Positions 61,110 to 64,000 of a stretch of DNA of 64,000 nt are shown piece by piece; the stretch's first letter is position 1, and each line of letters starts with the position of its first letter. This stretch comes from Escherichia coli (GTDB lineage: Bacteria > Pseudomonadota > Gammaproteobacteria > Enterobacterales > Enterobacteriaceae), in assembly GCF_013122565.1 (NCBI RefSeq), contig NZ_CP053258.1; one strand, written 5' to 3'. The notes beneath the pieces are model-generated. The model was not told where the DNA came from. It searched no databases and was given only the letters and a program-made list of their open reading frames with translations. Position numbers and translations under genes: made by a program.

Positions 61110-61382
61110 ATGTCTCATACAATCCGTGATAAACAGAAACTGAAAGCGCGTGCCAGTAAGATTCAGGGCCAGGTCGTGGCGCTCAAGAAAATGCTCGACG
61201 AACCGCATGAATGCGCTGCAGTTTTACAACAGATTGCTGCTATCCGTGGCGCGGTAAACGGTCTGATGCGGGAAGTGATTAAAGGTCATCTGACGGAACA
61301 CATCGTTCACCAGGGGGATGAGCTAAAACGTGAAGAAGATCTGGATGTCGTTCTGAAGGTGCTGGATTCTTATATCAAATAA
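61110..61382 (+). CDS. rcnR: Ni/Co-responsive transcriptional repressor RcnR, 90 aa
   Basis: 90-aa CsoR/RcnR-family ORF ([21 protein letters not shown]...). Confidence 0.9.
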
Positions 61383-61477
61383 TTTATTAACGCGATTGTA
61401 AAACTGCCGTTTTTCCTCGTTTACAACGCGTGCGCTGGACATTACCATCCTCCTCTGCGATTTATCATCGCAACCAA

Positions 61478-61598
61478 ACGACTCGGGGTGCCCTTCTGCG
61501 TGAAGGCTGAGAAATACCCGTATCACCTGATCTGGATAATGCCAGCGTAGGGAAGTCACGGACCACCAGGTCATTGCTTCTTCACGTTATGGCAGGAG
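61478..61598 (+). promoter_or_regulatory. TPP riboswitch (thi-box) in the thiM leader
   Basis: Contains GGGGTGCCCTTCTGCGTGAAGGCTGAGAAATACCCGTATCACCTGATCTGGATAATGCCAGCGTAGGGAA, the classic E. coli thiM aptamer, followed by the SD-sequestering platform ahead of ATG 61605. Confidence 0.85.
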
Positions 61599-61604
61599 CA
61601 AACT

Positions 61605-62393
61605 ATGCAAGTCGACCTGCTGAGTTCCGCGCAATCTGCGCACACGTTACACCTTTTTCACCAACATTCCCCTCTTGTGCACTGCATGACCAACGATGTG
61701 GTGCAAACCTTTACTGCCAATACCTTGCTGGCGCTCGGTGCATCGCCAGCGATGGTTATCGAAACCGAAGAGGCCAGTCAGTTTGCGGCTATTGCTAGTG
61801 CCTTGCTGATTAACGTTGGCACGCTGACGCAGCCACGCGCACAGTCGATGTGTGCCGCCGTTGAGCAAGCAAAAAGCTCTCAAACACCCTGGACGCTTGA
61901 TCCAGTAGCGGTGGGTGCACTCGATTATCGCCGCCGTTTTTGTCTGGAACTTCTGTCTCATAAGCCAACCGCCATACGTGGTAATGCTTCGGAAATCATG
62001 GCATTAGCTGGCATTGCTAATGGCGGACGGGGAGTGGATACCACTGACGCCGCAGCTAACGCGATACCCGCTGCACAAACACTGGCACGGGAAACTGGCG
62101 CAATCGTCGTGGTCACTGGCGAGATGGATTATGTTACCGATGGACATCGTATCATTGGTATTCACGGTGGCGATCCGTTAATGACCAAAGTGGTAGGAAC
62201 TGGCTGTGCATTATCGGCGGTTGTCGCTGCCTGCTGTGCGTTACCAGGCGATACGCTGGAAAATGTCGCATCTGCCTGTCACTGGATGAAACAAGCCGGA
62301 GAACGCGCAGTCGTCAGAAGCGAGGGGCCAGGCAGTTTTGTTCCACATTTCCTTGATGCGCTCTGGCAATTGACGCAGGAGGTGCAGGCATGA
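61605..62393 (+). CDS. thiM: hydroxyethylthiazole kinase, 262 aa
   Basis: ThiM-family sequence; stop overlaps thiD start (ATGA). Confidence 0.9.
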   Translation: MQVDLLSSAQSAHTLHLFHQHSPLVHCMTNDVVQTFTANTLLALGASPAMVIETEEASQFAAIASALLINVGTLTQPRAQSMCAAVEQAKSSQTPWTLDPVAVGALDYRRRFCLELLSHKPTAIRGNASEIMALAGIANGGRGVDTTDAAANAIPAAQTLARETGAIVVVTGEMDYVTDGHRIIGIHGGDPLMTKVVGTGCALSAVVAACCALPGDTLENVASACHWMKQAGERAVVRSEGPGSFVPHFLDALWQLTQEVQA

Positions 62394-63190
62394 AACGAAT
62401 TAACGCTCTGACGATTGCCGGTACTGATCCGAGTGGTGGTGCGGGGATTCAGGCCGATCTTAAAACCTTCTCGGCACTTGGCGCTTATGGTTGCTCAGTT
62501 ATTACTGCACTGGTGGCGCAAAATACCCGTGGCGTACAGTCGGTGTATCGCATTGAGCCTGATTTTGTCGCCGCCCAGCTCGATTCGGTGTTCAGCGATG
62601 TGCGAATCGACACCACTAAAATCGGTATGTTGGCGGAAACCGATATTGTTGAAGCGGTGGCAGAACGGTTGCAACGTTATCAGATCCAAAACGTGGTACT
62701 CGACACCGTTATGCTGGCAAAAAGCGGCGACCCGCTGCTTTCACCTTCGGCGGTTGCTACGCTGCGCAGTCGATTATTGCCACAGGTTTCATTAATAACG
62801 CCAAACTTGCCCGAAGCTGCTGCCTTGCTCGACGCGCCACACGCGCGCAACGAACAGGAAATGCTGGAACAAGGGCGATCGCTGTTGGCGATGGGCTGTG
62901 GCGCAGTGCTAATGAAAGGTGGTCATCTGGATGATGAACAAAGCCCGGACTGGCTGTTTACTCGTGAGGGAGAACAACGATTTACTGCACCGCGCATTAT
63001 GACCAAAAACACCCACGGCACTGGTTGTACGCTCTCTGCGGCGTTGGCTGCACTACGCCCGCGCCATACAAACTGGGCTGACACCGTACAGGAGGCAAAA
63101 AGCTGGCTTTCATCGGCGTTAGCCCAGGCCGACACGCTGGAAGTTGGTCACGGTATTGGTCCGGTTCACCACTTCCACGCCTGGTGGTGA
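62390..63190 (+). CDS. thiD: hydroxymethylpyrimidine / phosphomethylpyrimidine kinase, 266 aa
   Basis: Ribokinase-like motifs [16 protein letters not shown] and anion hole GTGC seen. Confidence 0.9.
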   Translation: MKRINALTIAGTDPSGGAGIQADLKTFSALGAYGCSVITALVAQNTRGVQSVYRIEPDFVAAQLDSVFSDVRIDTTKIGMLAETDIVEAVAERLQRYQIQNVVLDTVMLAKSGDPLLSPSAVATLRSRLLPQVSLITPNLPEAAALLDAPHARNEQEMLEQGRSLLAMGCGAVLMKGGHLDDEQSPDWLFTREGEQRFTAPRIMTKNTHGTGCTLSAALAALRPRHTNWADTVQEAKSWLSSALAQADTLEVGHGIGPVHHFHAWW

Positions 63191-63245
63191 GCACCGTACT
63201 ATAGCTGCTTTGGTTATTGTCAGTCTTTGGCGCTGACATTCAGGG

Positions 63246-64000
63246 ATGAAACCAATGCAGCTAAGAATTACCAGTCGAAAAAAACTCACCGCTCTATTAT
63301 GCGCTCTTGGGCTAATTTCCATCGTTGCAATTTATCCGCGTCAGACGGTGAATTTTTTCTATTCGACAGCAGTTCAGATTACAGACTACATCCACTTCTA
63401 CGGTTATCGCCCGGTTAAATCTTTCGCTATTCGTATTCCTGCCAGTTACACCATTCACGGAATAGATGTTTCGCGCTGGCAGGAGCGGATCGACTGGCAG
63501 CGGGTGGCAAAAATGCGCGATAACGGTATCCGCTTACAATTTACCTTTATCAAGGCGACGGAAGGCGAAAAGCTGGTGGACCCCTATTTTTCGCGTAACT
63601 GGCAACTAAGCCGCGAAAATGGCCTGCTGCGCGGGGCGTATCATTATTTCTCCCCGTCGGTATCCGCTTCAGTTCAGGCGCGATTATTTCTGCAAACGGT
63701 GGATTTCTCACAAGGCGATTTACCTGCCGTGCTGGATGTAGAAGAACGGGGAAAATTATCGGCAAAAGAATTACGCAAGCGGGTAAGTCAGTGGCTAAAA
63801 ATGGTCGAAAAAAGTACGGGAAAAAAGCCGATTATTTACTCAGGAGCCGTTTTTTATCACACCAATCTGGCGGGCTATTTCAATGAATATCCGTGGTGGG
63901 TGGCTCACTACTATCAACGTCGTCCGGACAATGACGGCATGGCCTGGCGCTTCTGGCAGCATTCCGACCGTGGACAGGTAGATGGCATCAATGGTCCGGT
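63246..64000 (+). CDS. yegX: GH25 (lysozyme-like) family protein, N-terminal part; continues past window end
   Basis: Open frame from ATG 63246 (or 63255) to the window edge; TM/signal segment then GH25-like region (IDVSRWQ...FTFIKATEG...GAYHYF). Not in ORF track because it has no stop in the window. Confidence 0.6.
   Translation, partial: MKPMQLRITSRKKLTALLCALGLISIVAIYPRQTVNFFYSTAVQITDYIHFYGYRPVKSFAIRIPASYTIHGIDVSRWQERIDWQRVAKMRDNGIRLQFTFIKATEGEKLVDPYFSRNWQLSRENGLLRGAYHYFSPSVSASVQARLFLQTVDFSQGDLPAVLDVEERGKLSAKELRKRVSQWLKMVEKSTGKKPIIYSGAVFYHTNLAGYFNEYPWWVAHYYQRRPDNDGMAWRFWQHSDRGQVDGINGP

Overview
The window reads as an Escherichia coli chromosomal segment, called from recognisable protein sequences and motifs in the six-frame translations; no search could be run. 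It is largely conserved core genes: preT', yeiS, sanA, cdd, yohJK, dusC, yohP, mdtQ, yohF, yohD, yohC, pbpG, dld, bglX, osmF-yehYXW, yohO, mlrA, btsSR, yehS, yehR, metG, apbC, the yehABCDE fimbrial cluster, rcnRAB, thiMD and the start of yegX. The unusual part is a roughly 27 kb minus-strand block at about 23.4-50.4 kb. It holds four tandem, intact, about 1250-aa paralogs with an N-terminal WGR domain and a long C-terminal body shared with YehI (MolR-like; by my recollection this locus is a frameshifted pseudogene in K-12 and the body corresponds to DUF4132), followed by yehI, yehK and the yehLMPQ cluster (MoxR-type AAA+ ATPase, large unknown protein, VWA protein, double SWIM zinc-finger protein). 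Paralogs 2 and 3 share a near-identical 3' segment of about 1.4 kb, and the five giant genes are packed with 9-12 bp spacers. Between yehK and yehL sits a tandemly duplicated cassette encoding a 29-aa hydrophobic peptide with a long 5' UTR and a divergent small RNA, consistent with the zorO-orzO type I toxin-antitoxin of O157-like strains. I saw no CRISPR array, IS element or prophage gene. The giant-paralog array plus yehLMPQ is the best candidate for an uncharacterised system; its function is inference only.
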